DNA of 64,000 bases. It comes from Candidatus Zixiibacteriota bacterium (lineage in GTDB: Bacteria; Zixibacteria; MSB-5A5; UBA10806; 4484-95). This document shows positions 1 through 10,186 of the stretch, piece after piece; the first letter of the stretch is position 1, and every line of letters starts with the position of its first letter. The translations under genes were made by a program, and so were the position numbers. Below the pieces are notes generated by a model. The model was not told the origin of the DNA. It was given only the letters and a program-made list of their open reading frames with translations, and searched no databases. The DNA is taken from NCBI GenBank assembly GCA_037441845.1, contig JBBIRK010000001.1, positions 305,284-369,283 on the forward strand, read 5' to 3'.

Positions 1-10
1 GTTAAGGGGG

Positions 11-1006
11 TTGCATAACATTCTTCATGCACCGAAATACAATCGGCTGATTTGCTATACTGCCTGCAAGTGGAATAATCTGAAGTTGCTTGACGTAACC
101 GGCCTGAAAATGATTCCCGAAAGACCGTTAACGGTCGATAGCATTCTCGCTTTGTACGCCGATTGGGATTTCTATTATCCTTACAGTCGAGAAGAATCGA
201 CGCTTTTTGGTGAAGGTGCACAGTTCTTGAACCCCAAAAAAGATATCTTTTATATAATAGACAATTATTTTTGGGCGGCTTTCAGATTAAGCGATTTTTC
301 CCTGCTCGCCACCCGGCTTGACAGCAGCGCGCTGATTACCCATCCTCCCATATTCAGCAAGGACGGCTCGATAATCTATCGACCAGCTGACTATAATCCC
401 AAAGGCGACACCACCTTGTGTTTTGTCGGTCTCGATGCCGTCACATTGGAAGCCAAAGAATATCACCACAACCCTGCGGGAATAAGGCACAGATTTTATC
501 ACTACTACGGAGAAAGAGTGTTCCATCCATATTTCGAAGACAGGAAAATTCTCGGAATACTTTTTGGCAACCACAATTTGGGTATTTTTGACCTTAACAC
601 CGATGAAATAAGGGACCTGGGCATCGGAAGCGATTTGAACGATCTCAAAAATATTATGGCATCGGCCGATGGCAGCGTTGCCTGCGGCGTCGGCCTAAAA
701 AACGACGATCTGATATGGCTTTTCGACTTAAGGAAAAATATTAAAAGGGCGATAGATGTCTCTTTCCTTGAAGATTCGATCTGGTATTATAGCTATCCGA
801 GCACGAGCATGATATTTACCCCTGACAATTCGCGACTTGTGGTTTCATGCACCAAAGGGATCTCTCCGAAGAAAGCTCGACCCCGACTCACGGATACGGT
901 TTATGCCGCTAACGCGAGCAGGCTGTATATTTTCGATGTGGCCACTGGCGATCTGTTGAAGGTTATCGATATGCCGATTGGCGGAATTAGGGCATGGACG
1001 TTTTAG
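11..1006 (+). CDS. Hypothetical beta-propeller-like (YncE/WD40-like) protein, probably 5'-truncated by the window edge
   Basis: Frame is open back to the window start; repeated beta-strand motifs (IFSKDGSIIY, ASADGSVAC, IFTPDNSRLVV, LYIFDVATGDLLKVIDM). Confidence 0.55.
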   Translation: MHNILHAPKYNRLICYTACKWNNLKLLDVTGLKMIPERPLTVDSILALYADWDFYYPYSREESTLFGEGAQFLNPKKDIFYIIDNYFWAAFRLSDFSLLATRLDSSALITHPPIFSKDGSIIYRPADYNPKGDTTLCFVGLDAVTLEAKEYHHNPAGIRHRFYHYYGERVFHPYFEDRKILGILFGNHNLGIFDLNTDEIRDLGIGSDLNDLKNIMASADGSVACGVGLKNDDLIWLFDLRKNIKRAIDVSFLEDSIWYYSYPSTSMIFTPDNSRLVVSCTKGISPKKARPRLTDTVYAANASRLYIFDVATGDLLKVIDMPIGGIRAWTF

Positions 1007-1096
1007 GCAGACAAGACATCTTGACAGCTTGCCTCTTCCACTATCGATAGGCAAAAGGCGTCAGGGCATGGTTTTGCGAAAACGAATTCGGTCATC

Positions 1097-2041
1097 TTAG
1101 CCTTGCGGAATGCCTGACTCCTGGCCTGGTCTGTTTCCGGTAAAAATCGCCCTCAAGGCATCGTTGACTTTGGTATAGGTGAACGAAAAGCCGGCTTCCA
1201 TCAGTTTTTTCGGCAAAATGCGCTGGCTGCTCAAAACCAGCTCCGACATCTCCCCGAGCATCCCCTTGATAACGAACTCCGGCACAGTCACCCAAGACGG
1301 CCGCCCCATCGCCTCACCCAGATATGCGCTTAACTGCCGCATGGTAACCGGCTCCGGCGCCGTGATATTCACCGGACCGGTTAATTTCGGATTGGCTATG
1401 ATAAAGTCGATGGCGCGTATCACGTCTTGGCGATGAATCCAGCTCACCCATTGTTTGCCGCTTCCCGGCGGACCGCCAGCAAACAGCTTGAACGGTGCGG
1501 CCATGCGGGCCAGCGCTCCACCGTCTTTGTCGAGCACAACCCCGGTTCGCATAAGCACGACTCGGGTGTTGGCGGAAGAAGCTGCTAAAGCCTCTTTTTC
1601 CCATTTGACACAGGTTTCCGCAAGAAACCCCTTGCCTGCCGCCGCCGATTCATCGATCAACGAATCGCCTCTGTCGCCGTAGAAGCCGATTGCGGAGGCG
1701 TTGATCAACAGCCGGGGGCGTCGGTCAGCTGCGTTGACAGCCTCGACTATGGCTCTGGTGGCGTTGATTCTGCTTCCGACGATTTCTTTTTTCTGGCTTT
1801 CGTTCCAGCGCTTATGGCCGATAGGCTCACCGGCCAGATTTATGATCGTCTCGGCTTCATCGATATGCCTGCACCAATCGGATACGGTCCTGCCATCCCA
1901 TAAAGATATCGAAACATTAGCCAGGAAACTTTTCGATGGAATTTTGCGAACCAACAGGACAAGGTTGTGGCCATGCGAAACCAGATAATCGACCAGGGCT
2001 GCGCCTATAAATCCCGTTGCGCCGGTGATCACCAGTTTCAT
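1097..2041 (-). CDS. TIGR01777 family NAD-dependent epimerase/oxidoreductase (YfcH-like)
   Basis: ITGATGFIG Rossmann motif; INLAGEPI..RW; ASAIGFYGD; GSGKQWVSWIH; SQRILPKKL. Confidence 0.9.
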   Translation of the reverse strand: MKLVITGATGFIGAALVDYLVSHGHNLVLLVRKIPSKSFLANVSISLWDGRTVSDWCRHIDEAETIINLAGEPIGHKRWNESQKKEIVGSRINATRAIVEAVNAADRRPRLLINASAIGFYGDRGDSLIDESAAAGKGFLAETCVKWEKEALAASSANTRVVLMRTGVVLDKDGGALARMAAPFKLFAGGPPGSGKQWVSWIHRQDVIRAIDFIIANPKLTGPVNITAPEPVTMRQLSAYLGEAMGRPSWVTVPEFVIKGMLGEMSELVLSSQRILPKKLMEAGFSFTYTKVNDALRAIFTGNRPGQESGIPQG

Positions 2042-2061
2042 AACCGAATCCCGAGCAGGAA

Positions 2062-2703
2062 TTATTTCCTGACGGCTAGGCCGAGCCCATCGCGGATCGG
2101 AATTATCGAACCGAGAATCGCCGATGAGCCGAACAATTTCTTATTGAATTCCATTATTTTCTCGGAGGCTGCATCCGGATTTTCATTCAAAATTCTGCCC
2201 GACCATAAGACATTATCGGTTATGAGCAGTCCCCCTTTGCGAAGTTTCGTAAGCGAAAGATCAAACGCATCCGGATACTGATGTTTATCGATATCGTTCA
2301 GAATGATATCGAATTTGCCGGGCAATTTTCGAGCTATATTCAGCGCATCTCCGACACGAAAATCTATCATTTTCGAGTAAGGCGATTTTTCGAAAAAGGC
2401 TATGGCGGCTTTCCGATTGTCTTCTGAGCCGTCTATACAAATGATCCTACCGCCTTTTCTCAATCCCCCGGCGAACCAGGCCGCCGAATAGCCGAACCCG
2501 GAACCGAGTTCGAGAATGCGTCGGGCGTTGCTGATCATGGCCAACTGGCGAAGGAACCTGCCCACCACGGGACCGATAATCGGAAAATTCCGGGCGACTC
2601 CGTATCGGTACATCCTGGTCAACAAAACCCTATCCGATCCTTTCGGCGCGATCCCGGAGTTTTTCTTGATGTATTCATCAATTTCCGGAAAAGTGATATT
2701 CAT
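2062..2703 (-). CDS. Class I SAM-dependent O-methyltransferase (caffeoyl-CoA OMT-like)
   Basis: ILELGSGFGYSA SAM motif; FDIILNDIDKHQY; ITDNVLWSG; IPIRDGL. Confidence 0.88.
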   Translation of the reverse strand: MNITFPEIDEYIKKNSGIAPKGSDRVLLTRMYRYGVARNFPIIGPVVGRFLRQLAMISNARRILELGSGFGYSAAWFAGGLRKGGRIICIDGSEDNRKAAIAFFEKSPYSKMIDFRVGDALNIARKLPGKFDIILNDIDKHQYPDAFDLSLTKLRKGGLLITDNVLWSGRILNENPDAASEKIMEFNKKLFGSSAILGSIIPIRDGLGLAVRK

Positions 2704-3427
2704 GAGTATTATCCGTTTCCATTTGCGTGGTTTCAGGTTCAGTCGGAAGCGATCCTATCGAATCGAGGCGCTCCGCTTCATAATAAAATATCGATGCGAA
2801 ATTATCGGCGATCGCGGCGAAAACCCGTTCGAGCGGCACGTTCTCGCCGGTTATCGATGCGATCGAGCCCACCGGATAAGAGGTGATTCCACACGGATTG
2901 ATCAGCTTGAAGTATTCGAGATCGGTGGTCACGTTGATCGCCAAACCATGATAGCTTATCCAACGCGAGACAGCCACTCCAATCGCGGCCACTTTATGGT
3001 TATCCACCCAGGCTCCGGTCATTCCTTTCTTCGTCGAGCCCTTCAACCCGAATTCGCCGAGAACCGCAATCGCCAGATTTTCCAGGTCGCGCAGATAAGC
3101 GTGCAAGTCGCGACCTCGATTGTTCAGATCTATTATCGGATAGGCAACCGCCTGCCCGGGGCCATGGAACGTAATGTCCCCTCCCCGCTCGGATTCGCAT
3201 AAAGCCACACCCTTATCTTTCAAAACGGATCGGGGAACCAACAAATTGCTCATGGAAGCTCCGCGTCCGAGCGTAATCACCGGATTGTGTTCGGTCAGCA
3301 ACAGCAGATCGGGAATTTTGCCGAGACGGCGGAGATCGACCAGCCTTTTCTGCAGTTTCCTTGCATGGTAATAGTCGGTTCTACCCAGTTCGATCACCTG
3401 CAAGCGTTTATAACCGCGGCTGCACAT
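2678..3427 (-). CDS. lipB: Lipoyl(octanoyl) transferase
   Basis: EHNPVITLG, RGGDITFHGPGQ, KVAAIG, HGLAIN, INPCG motifs; lies directly downstream of the E3 gene. Confidence 0.95.
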   Translation of the reverse strand: MCSRGYKRLQVIELGRTDYYHARKLQKRLVDLRRLGKIPDLLLLTEHNPVITLGRGASMSNLLVPRSVLKDKGVALCESERGGDITFHGPGQAVAYPIIDLNNRGRDLHAYLRDLENLAIAVLGEFGLKGSTKKGMTGAWVDNHKVAAIGVAVSRWISYHGLAINVTTDLEYFKLINPCGITSYPVGSIASITGENVPLERVFAAIADNFASIFYYEAERLDSIGSLPTEPETTQMETDNTHEYHFSGN

Positions 3428-3432
3428 AAGGC

Positions 3433-4830
3433 TTAATTGACTATATGAATCGCCTTTTTATGAACGTTCAATCCGGCCTCCATCAAAGCCTCCGAAAGTG
3501 TGGGATGGATAGCCATTATATGACCCAATTCCTCGGCCGTTCCGTCGAATTCCATCAATGCCGTTCCGGCAAAAAGAATATCGGCGGCATGCGGCCCGAA
3601 AATGTGAATCCCGAGAAGCCGATCGGTATCCGCATCGGCGATTACTTTCGCGAACCCGTTATCCGCCAAAGTCGCCAGAGCCTTGCCCGCCGCCCGATAA
3701 TGAAATTTTCCGATTTTTATTTTCCTGCCCGATGTTTTCGCCTCTTTTTCAGTGGGACCGATTCCGGCTATCTCCGGATCCGTAAAAACGGCGTAGGGCA
3801 CGGCTTTCCAATCCGCTCCGGCAGTCATCCCCGCCAGCGATTCAACCGCCGCCACCCCCTCGTGCGAGGCTTTATGAGCCAGAAGCAGACCGCCGGTGAC
3901 ATCACCTATAGCCCGGATATGCGGTAGATTCGTCCTCATGTTTCTATCGACCGGGATGAAACCGCGGCCATCCGTTTTCACTCCTATTTTATCGAGGTTC
4001 AGGCCAAAAGTATTGGGTTTCATTCCAGCGGCAACCAATACCTTATCGAACGAGAATACTTCTTTTCCCTGCGGCGTTTCCACCTCGACCTTGACCGTTT
4101 CCCCGACCACTTGCGAGGAAACGACTTTGGATGAAGTAAAGATATCCATACCCAGCTTTTTGAATGATCGTTCGGCGGCCGAGGAGATATCGGGATCGAG
4201 CGTCGGCAGAACGGAATCCAGAAGTTCGATAATGGTTATTTTTGAGCCGAGCGTGGCATAGACGGTGGCCAGTTCCGTACCAATCGGTCCGGCGCCGATC
4301 ACACCGAGCGTTTTGGGGATTTTCGGAAGATCTATCGCCTCACGGGCTCCGATCACGTTTTTTCCGTCCGTCTTGAGCATCGGCAGCTCAATGGGTGCAG
4401 CTCCCGTGGCTATGATGAAATTTTCGGCCTCGATCCGTCGCTTGCCCTCGCTGCCATCGATTTCCAGCGTTTCGGGCGTGATAAAGGAAGCCCGACCCAT
4501 ATATATTTTCACGCCGGCCTTATCGAGAAGTGTCTTAACGCCTCCGGTCAACCGCTTGACCACATCGTCTTTGTGTTTTTTCAACATCGCGGTATCAATC
4601 CGAACGTTGTCGGCGCTGACGCCTATTCTGGATGCATGCTCGATCGTTCTTTTCAACTCGGTGGCATAGAGGAGGGCCTTGGAGGGAATGCACCCCCAAT
4701 TAAGGCAGACTCCGCCCAAATATTCTTTTTCCACGATTGCGGTCTTCAAGCCGAGTTGACCGGCCCTGATAGCCGCGACATATCCTCCGGGTCCGGCACC
4801 TATCACCACCAATTTATATTTTTCGTTCAT
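3433..4830 (-). CDS. lpdA: Dihydrolipoyl dehydrogenase (E3)
   Basis: GAGPGGYVAA FAD motif; GGVCLNWGCIPSK redox disulfide; LAHKA; HPTLSE. Confidence 0.96.
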   Translation of the reverse strand: MNEKYKLVVIGAGPGGYVAAIRAGQLGLKTAIVEKEYLGGVCLNWGCIPSKALLYATELKRTIEHASRIGVSADNVRIDTAMLKKHKDDVVKRLTGGVKTLLDKAGVKIYMGRASFITPETLEIDGSEGKRRIEAENFIIATGAAPIELPMLKTDGKNVIGAREAIDLPKIPKTLGVIGAGPIGTELATVYATLGSKITIIELLDSVLPTLDPDISSAAERSFKKLGMDIFTSSKVVSSQVVGETVKVEVETPQGKEVFSFDKVLVAAGMKPNTFGLNLDKIGVKTDGRGFIPVDRNMRTNLPHIRAIGDVTGGLLLAHKASHEGVAAVESLAGMTAGADWKAVPYAVFTDPEIAGIGPTEKEAKTSGRKIKIGKFHYRAAGKALATLADNGFAKVIADADTDRLLGIHIFGPHAADILFAGTALMEFDGTAEELGHIMAIHPTLSEALMEAGLNVHKKAIHIVN

Positions 4831-4871
4831 TTTTCATGTCTCCTGCCATCACCTCAAATATACGGTGAATT

Positions 4872-6164
4872 TTACATGACTCCGGCAAGCCAGGCCTGCG
4901 GGTCCTCGAGAAACTCGATCAAACGACGCAAGAACTGCACCGCATAACCGCCGTCTATGACCCGGTGATCGAAAGACATGCCGAAATTCAGTATAGGGCG
5001 AATCACGATCTGGCCGTCCCGCACCACCGGTTTATCGACAATTTTGTGCACGCCGAGTATGGCCACCTGAGGATGCGCTATTATCGGGGTCGAGGCGGTG
5101 GCACCGTAAACGCCGGCATTGGTGATCGTGATCGTTCCGCCGCTTATTTCATCCATGGAAAGCTTATCGGCGTTGGCTTTATCGGCGAGTTCCTTCATCT
5201 CCCGGGCGATCTGCAATATCGATTTTTGCTGACACTGCTTGACCACGGGGACGATCAAGGAATTGTTCCGGGCGACCGCCATCCCGATATTGAAATATTT
5301 TTTCACTCTGAGGGTTTCGCCGTCGAAAGTCGAGTTTATCCACGGGTAATCGCGGGCGGCATAAATGATGGCCTTGGCGATGAACGGAAGAAAAGTCACC
5401 CTGACCCCATGTCGTTTTTCGATTTGATCGACGTAGCGTTTTCGCCAGTCGATCAGCTGGGACATGTCGCATTCGTCGAACGTGGTTACGTGGGGAATGG
5501 TGAACGCTGATTTGGTCATATGTTCGGCGATCACCTTGCGCACGCCGCTGATCTTGATAACTTCCTCGTCCTCGGCCTCGGGCCAGGCGAATTCGGGTTT
5601 GCCCGGCTTCTTGATATCGATCGAATGACGCATTTCGATATATTTCAGAACATCTTCTTTCGATACTCTACCGTCCTTGCCGGTCCCCTTTACCAGCCGC
5701 AGGTCTATGAAATGTTCTCTGGCCAGACGGCGCACCAAGGGCGATGATTTCACCGCTTCGATTCCGGCGTTTATCGCCTCCTCGTCGGCGTGGATTCCCA
5801 TGGCCGCATGGTGAGCGATCGTGCCCACGAATTCCTGAGGCGGAGGCGCCACCTCCTGTTCCTGCGGAATATGCTCTTTTCCGGAATCCGGCAGAACCTG
5901 GAAAGTCTTGGCCTCGATCGCTTCCCCCTCTATTTCCATAACGGCGATTTCGGTGCCGATTTCCACGGTCGTGTTCGGGGGGACAAGATGCTTTTTCATT
6001 TTGCCGCTGTGGGGGGAGGGAATCTCGACGTTGATTTTGTCGGTCATTATTTCAACCAAAGGCTCATCGACTTTTACCGAGTCGCCTTCGTTTTTAAGCC
6101 ATTTCACTATCGTGCCCTCGACCACCGATTCCCCCAGGGGCGGGACGATTATCTTGAATTCCAT
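4872..6164 (-). CDS. Dihydrolipoamide acyltransferase (E2), single lipoyl domain, BCKDH-like
   Basis: MTDKINVEIP lipoyl-Lys motif; SPLVRRLA..GTGKDGRVSKEDV E3-binding domain; SFDHRVIDG catalytic motif. Confidence 0.93.
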   Translation of the reverse strand: MEFKIIVPPLGESVVEGTIVKWLKNEGDSVKVDEPLVEIMTDKINVEIPSPHSGKMKKHLVPPNTTVEIGTEIAVMEIEGEAIEAKTFQVLPDSGKEHIPQEQEVAPPPQEFVGTIAHHAAMGIHADEEAINAGIEAVKSSPLVRRLAREHFIDLRLVKGTGKDGRVSKEDVLKYIEMRHSIDIKKPGKPEFAWPEAEDEEVIKISGVRKVIAEHMTKSAFTIPHVTTFDECDMSQLIDWRKRYVDQIEKRHGVRVTFLPFIAKAIIYAARDYPWINSTFDGETLRVKKYFNIGMAVARNNSLIVPVVKQCQQKSILQIAREMKELADKANADKLSMDEISGGTITITNAGVYGATASTPIIAHPQVAILGVHKIVDKPVVRDGQIVIRPILNFGMSFDHRVIDGGYAVQFLRRLIEFLEDPQAWLAGVM

Positions 6165-6174
6165 TGTTCCTCCC

Positions 6175-7158
6175 TTAATATTCCAAAATCTTTTTCACCG
6201 CACGGCCGATTTTCTCCGCATTCGGCAGGAAAAAATGCTCCAGCGGAGGCGCGAACGGCAGCATCGGCACGTCGAGTCCACAAACCCGGCTGACCGGTGC
6301 ATCGAGAAAATCAAACGCCTCTTCGGCGATCGCCGCGGCGATTTCCGCCATCACCCCGCCGGTCTTGCTGTTTTCCTGCACCAGCACCACCCGTGAGGTC
6401 TTCTTGATCGAATCGAAAATCGTCTCCCGGTCCCAGGGCAGAAGGGTTCGCATATCGATAACCTCGACGGAGATTCCATCCTTGGCAAGTTCCTCGGCGG
6501 CCTGCATCGATTTATGATACATAAGCCCATAGCTGACGATGGTCACGTCTTTGCCCTCGCGCCTTATAGCGGCCTTGCCTATAGGCACCGTGAAATCGTG
6601 ATCGGGAATCTCCTCTCTTATCCAGCGGTAAAGTCGCTTGTGCTCGAAATAGATGACCGGATCCTCCCCGCGAATCGCCGATTTCAGCAGCCCCTTGGCA
6701 TCGTAGGGGGTCGAGGGGAACAACACGATCAAGCCGGGCTGCGAAAAGAACCACTGCTCGTTGATTTGCGAATGATATAAGCCGCCGCCGACCTCGCCGC
6801 CGCAGCAAACCCGGATTGTCATGGGACAGGTCCACTGGCCGGCGGTGCGATAGCGGATCTTGGCTGCCTGCTGGATTATCTGATCCATAGCGGGGGTTAT
6901 AAAATCGGCGAATTGAATTTCAGGAACCGGCCTCGCCCCAACCAGCGCCGCACCGACACTCCCACCCACTATGTAAGCCTCGGAAATGGGCGAATCGATA
7001 ACCCGCTCGGGCCCGAATCTATCCTGTAGGCCTTTGGTAGCTTTGAATACGCCACCGTAAAGCCCTATATCCTCACCGATTAAAAATACTCTGTCATCGC
7101 GCTCCATCTCCTCGTAGAGCGCCTGAGTTATGGCCTCAATGAAAGTGACCTTTTTCAT
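6175..7158 (-). CDS. 2-oxoacid dehydrogenase E1 beta subunit (branched-chain type likely)
   Basis: GEDIGLYGGVFKAT, DSPISE, EIQFADF, GGGLYHSQ, DAKGLL; ATG at 7158 follows an AGGAG SD. Confidence 0.93.
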   Translation of the reverse strand: MKKVTFIEAITQALYEEMERDDRVFLIGEDIGLYGGVFKATKGLQDRFGPERVIDSPISEAYIVGGSVGAALVGARPVPEIQFADFITPAMDQIIQQAAKIRYRTAGQWTCPMTIRVCCGGEVGGGLYHSQINEQWFFSQPGLIVLFPSTPYDAKGLLKSAIRGEDPVIYFEHKRLYRWIREEIPDHDFTVPIGKAAIRREGKDVTIVSYGLMYHKSMQAAEELAKDGISVEVIDMRTLLPWDRETIFDSIKKTSRVVLVQENSKTGGVMAEIAAAIAEEAFDFLDAPVSRVCGLDVPMLPFAPPLEHFFLPNAEKIGRAVKKILEY

Positions 7159-7169
7159 TATTTCTCCTA

Positions 7170-7643
7170 TCAATAAACCGGCCGCCGTTCTTGGATTCGA
7201 CGCGCCTTTTCATACTCGTTTTTGTCTTCTTCCGTCAGCAATTTGAGGGGCGGCACCGGTGCCGGTTTGCCGTCCGGGCCGAGATTGACGAACGTCAGGT
7301 AGGCCTCCGATGTCAATTTGCGTTCGCCGGTATCCATGTCCTCTGCGCTGACAACCACCTTGGTGACCAGCGACGTCTTACCGGTGAACACCACTCTTGC
7401 GGACAACCTGGCCAATTGTCCCACTTTTATCGGATTCAAGAACGATAACCCCTCGATCGCGGCGGTCACACAGATCGATCGGCAATGGCGATGGGCTGCA
7501 GTAGCCGCCGCCAGGTCGATCCAATGCATCACCCGGCCGCCGAGCACGTTTCCGAGAACGTTGGCGTCGTTGGGCAAAACGAGCTCGGTCATCTCAATCG
7601 CGGAATCGTCCGCTGATTTGGCCTCCAGTCGTCCATCACTCAT
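7170..7643 (-). CDS. Acyl-CoA thioesterase (hotdog fold, YciA-like)
   Basis: VLPNDANVLGNVLGGRVMHWIDLAA; FLNPIKVG; TGKTS; LTFV...GKPAPVP. Confidence 0.92.
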   Translation of the reverse strand: MSDGRLEAKSADDSAIEMTELVLPNDANVLGNVLGGRVMHWIDLAAATAAHRHCRSICVTAAIEGLSFLNPIKVGQLARLSARVVFTGKTSLVTKVVVSAEDMDTGERKLTSEAYLTFVNLGPDGKPAPVPPLKLLTEEDKNEYEKARRIQERRPVY

Positions 7644-7646
7644 GGT

Positions 7647-8675
7647 TTAATATTCATCCCTTCGCACCGGGAAATTATCGGAATAAACATCGCGATACGC
7701 TTCCTCGGGTTCGGCGTATTTTTCCTTTTCGGATTCAGCGACGGCCTCCTCGATTTCCTGCTCTATTTGTTCGACCAGAGCTTCGCGTTTGTCTTTGGAA
7801 AGAATTCCGAGATCAAAAAGCAGGTTTTCGGCCCGTTGAACCGGGTCTTTTTTCTTCCACTCGGCCAGCTCTTCATTCGACCTATAGTCGGCCGGATCTA
7901 TTTCCGAATGTCCATACCAACGGTAGGTCAAGCATTCGATTAGCGTGGGACCCTCGCCGGCGCGCGCCCGGGCGATCGCCTGCTGCGCGGTTTTATGAAC
8001 AGCTATTACGTCGTTGCCGTCAATGGTCACGCCGGGGAATCCATAGGCTTTGGCTCTTTCGGAAAATTTCTCCACCGCCGATTGCAACTTGAAAGGAACC
8101 GACTCCGCCCATAGATTATTCTGGCAGACATATATGATCGGCAGTTTATGGACGCCGGCATAATTGAGCGCTTCGTGCCAACCGCCGCGGGAGGTCGCCC
8201 CCTCGCCGAAAAACGCCACCGCCACGTTGTCTTTTTTCATCATCTTGAAAGCCATGGCGCAACCGGTGGCCACAACCGTTTGGCCGGCCACCGTGGATGC
8301 GGGGGTAATGACTCCTTTCTCGCGCAAACCATAGTGGCAGGGGTGGGTCTTGCCTCTATCAGGTGAATTACGCCGGGCATAAACCTGAGCCACGATAGTT
8401 TTCAGCGGGACCCCTTTCGTAACGCTGGCTCCTATTTCCCGGTGGGAAGGACCAATGATATCGTCATCTCTTAAGCCATAGGTGGGCCCGACGGTGGTGG
8501 CTTCTTGGCCGACCGCCGAAAAATATGTCCCGGCAAATCGACCCTGGCGGAAAAGTTTACGCAACCTTTCATCGAGCATTCTGGTCTTCAGAAGGCTGAC
8601 ATAAAGACCAAAAACAGTTTGCTCGGGCAAACCAATTTCTTTCAAGGTGATTTTCTTTTCAGCGTTTGCAGGCAT
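7647..8675 (-). CDS. 2-oxoacid dehydrogenase E1 alpha subunit (TPP-dependent; branched-chain type likely)
   Basis: GQEA; FGEGATSRG...QNN TPP motif; IDGND; GPTLIE..TYRWYGHS; ATG at 8675 follows GGAGGA. Confidence 0.93.
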   Translation of the reverse strand: MPANAEKKITLKEIGLPEQTVFGLYVSLLKTRMLDERLRKLFRQGRFAGTYFSAVGQEATTVGPTYGLRDDDIIGPSHREIGASVTKGVPLKTIVAQVYARRNSPDRGKTHPCHYGLREKGVITPASTVAGQTVVATGCAMAFKMMKKDNVAVAFFGEGATSRGGWHEALNYAGVHKLPIIYVCQNNLWAESVPFKLQSAVEKFSERAKAYGFPGVTIDGNDVIAVHKTAQQAIARARAGEGPTLIECLTYRWYGHSEIDPADYRSNEELAEWKKKDPVQRAENLLFDLGILSKDKREALVEQIEQEIEEAVAESEKEKYAEPEEAYRDVYSDNFPVRRDEY

Positions 8676-8856
8676 CAATCCTCCAACTATTTTTGGAACT
8701 GATAAAACCGTCCTCCTGACTTCCCGACGCATTTCGTCGGCAAATCAAGTTTATTATCGACCGTGCCGCCGATTCGTTGCGCATTCTTCGCAGGCAAAGA
8801 CATGGAATCAACGGTGGCGGAGACAGAAAAAATCAATCGTTTGTCCCCTTGCAGGA

Positions 8857-8886
8857 ATGTTAAAAAAGCATACATCAAGATGTCAA
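8857..8886 (-). promoter_or_regulatory. Putative sigma70 promoter of the dehydrogenase operon
   Basis: Minus strand TTGACA-N18-TAACAT, about 180 nt upstream of the E1 alpha start. Confidence 0.4.
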
Positions 8887-9038
8887 CTTCAATTTCGTCC
8901 GGAAATTTCCCGAATTTTCTCTGTTTTTGCGGTTTTCGAAGCGAAATCGATCGATTCCCGTGCGGAAATCGGCGATTCGGGAATCGGTCAGGTGAAGATA
9001 TCCCATGACAATAGGGAAAAAATCCCTTAAAATCAGGC

Positions 9039-10043
9039 ATGGCCGATTCGAGAAAAGAGATAAGTGCTGACAATATCTTAGATAAAATATCAGACTATAT
9101 CAGCCGAGACTACACCAGGTTGTATGCCGATCAAACCGTCGGTGAGGCGTTAAGCTGGTTGAGAAGCCAGCAATTCGTCGGCAAAATCGTTTATTTTTAC
9201 GTAACCGACAGGCAAGACAAGCTGGTCGGGGTGATCCCGGTGCGCCGCCTTATCAGTAGCGGCGCGGACCGCCCGCTATCTTCGATAATGATCGAAAAGG
9301 TCGTAACACTCAAACCCGACAATACTCTGCTTGAGGCCTCCGAGCTATTGCTCGAGCATCGGCTTTTGGCGCTGCCGATCGTAGCCGATTCGGGTGAATT
9401 ACTCGGTGTCGTAGATATCACGTTGTTCGCCGATGAAATCAGCGCGTTCGCCCGTCAGAAAGAAATCGACAGCGTCTTTCAGCTAATTGGCGTTCATGTC
9501 GCATTGGGAAAGAAATCCGCCCCTTTGATGAGTTTCCGCGACCGCTTCCCCTGGTTGATAATAAACATAATCAGCGGACTCGTCTGTGCCTTCATCGCCT
9601 CCCGCCATGAACTTCTTATCCATGAACTGACGATCATAGCCTTTTTTATCACCATAGTTTTGGCTTCGGCCGAAAGCGTCAGCATGCAATCGATGACCAT
9701 GACAATGCAGATTTTCGCCCACCATAGATTTTCATTGAAACAAGCCGCTATCGCCTTGCGCAAAGAAATTTCGACCTCGGGCTTGCTCGGGATAGGCAGC
9801 GGCCTTATCGTCGGAGGAGTCGCCTATGCCTGGCGCGGGAACCCGCCCGCGGCGGCGGCGATCGGGGCCGCGATATGTTTGGCCATGATTTCGGCGAGTG
9901 TCATAGGTGTCATTATTCCGAGTCTGGTGCGGGGATTGCGAATAGATCCCCGAATCGCCTCCGGACCGGTGGTTTTGGCTATGACCGACATTTTGACGCT
10001 GACTTATTATTTCAGCCTGGCAGCTTGGGCTTTGGGCGCCTGA
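9039..10043 (+). CDS. mgtE: MgtE-family magnesium transporter (CBS pair + membrane domain, no N-terminal domain)
   Basis: YFYVTD..KLVGVI and LPIV..ELLGVV CBS motifs; RFPWL; DPRIASGPVVLAMTDI membrane motif. Confidence 0.85.
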   Translation: MADSRKEISADNILDKISDYISRDYTRLYADQTVGEALSWLRSQQFVGKIVYFYVTDRQDKLVGVIPVRRLISSGADRPLSSIMIEKVVTLKPDNTLLEASELLLEHRLLALPIVADSGELLGVVDITLFADEISAFARQKEIDSVFQLIGVHVALGKKSAPLMSFRDRFPWLIINIISGLVCAFIASRHELLIHELTIIAFFITIVLASAESVSMQSMTMTMQIFAHHRFSLKQAAIALRKEISTSGLLGIGSGLIVGGVAYAWRGNPPAAAAIGAAICLAMISASVIGVIIPSLVRGLRIDPRIASGPVVLAMTDILTLTYYFSLAAWALGA

Positions 10044-10186
10044 AACCGGCCCAAAGAATTTTCGGGCTCGATTTAACGTTTGCCGCCAACTTCGAATATG
10101 TATATTATGTTTATTGATAATTAAAAGAGCGATTCCCGATGGCGCATTTGAGCGAGGGGAATCAGATTCGATAAAGGAGAAATCAA

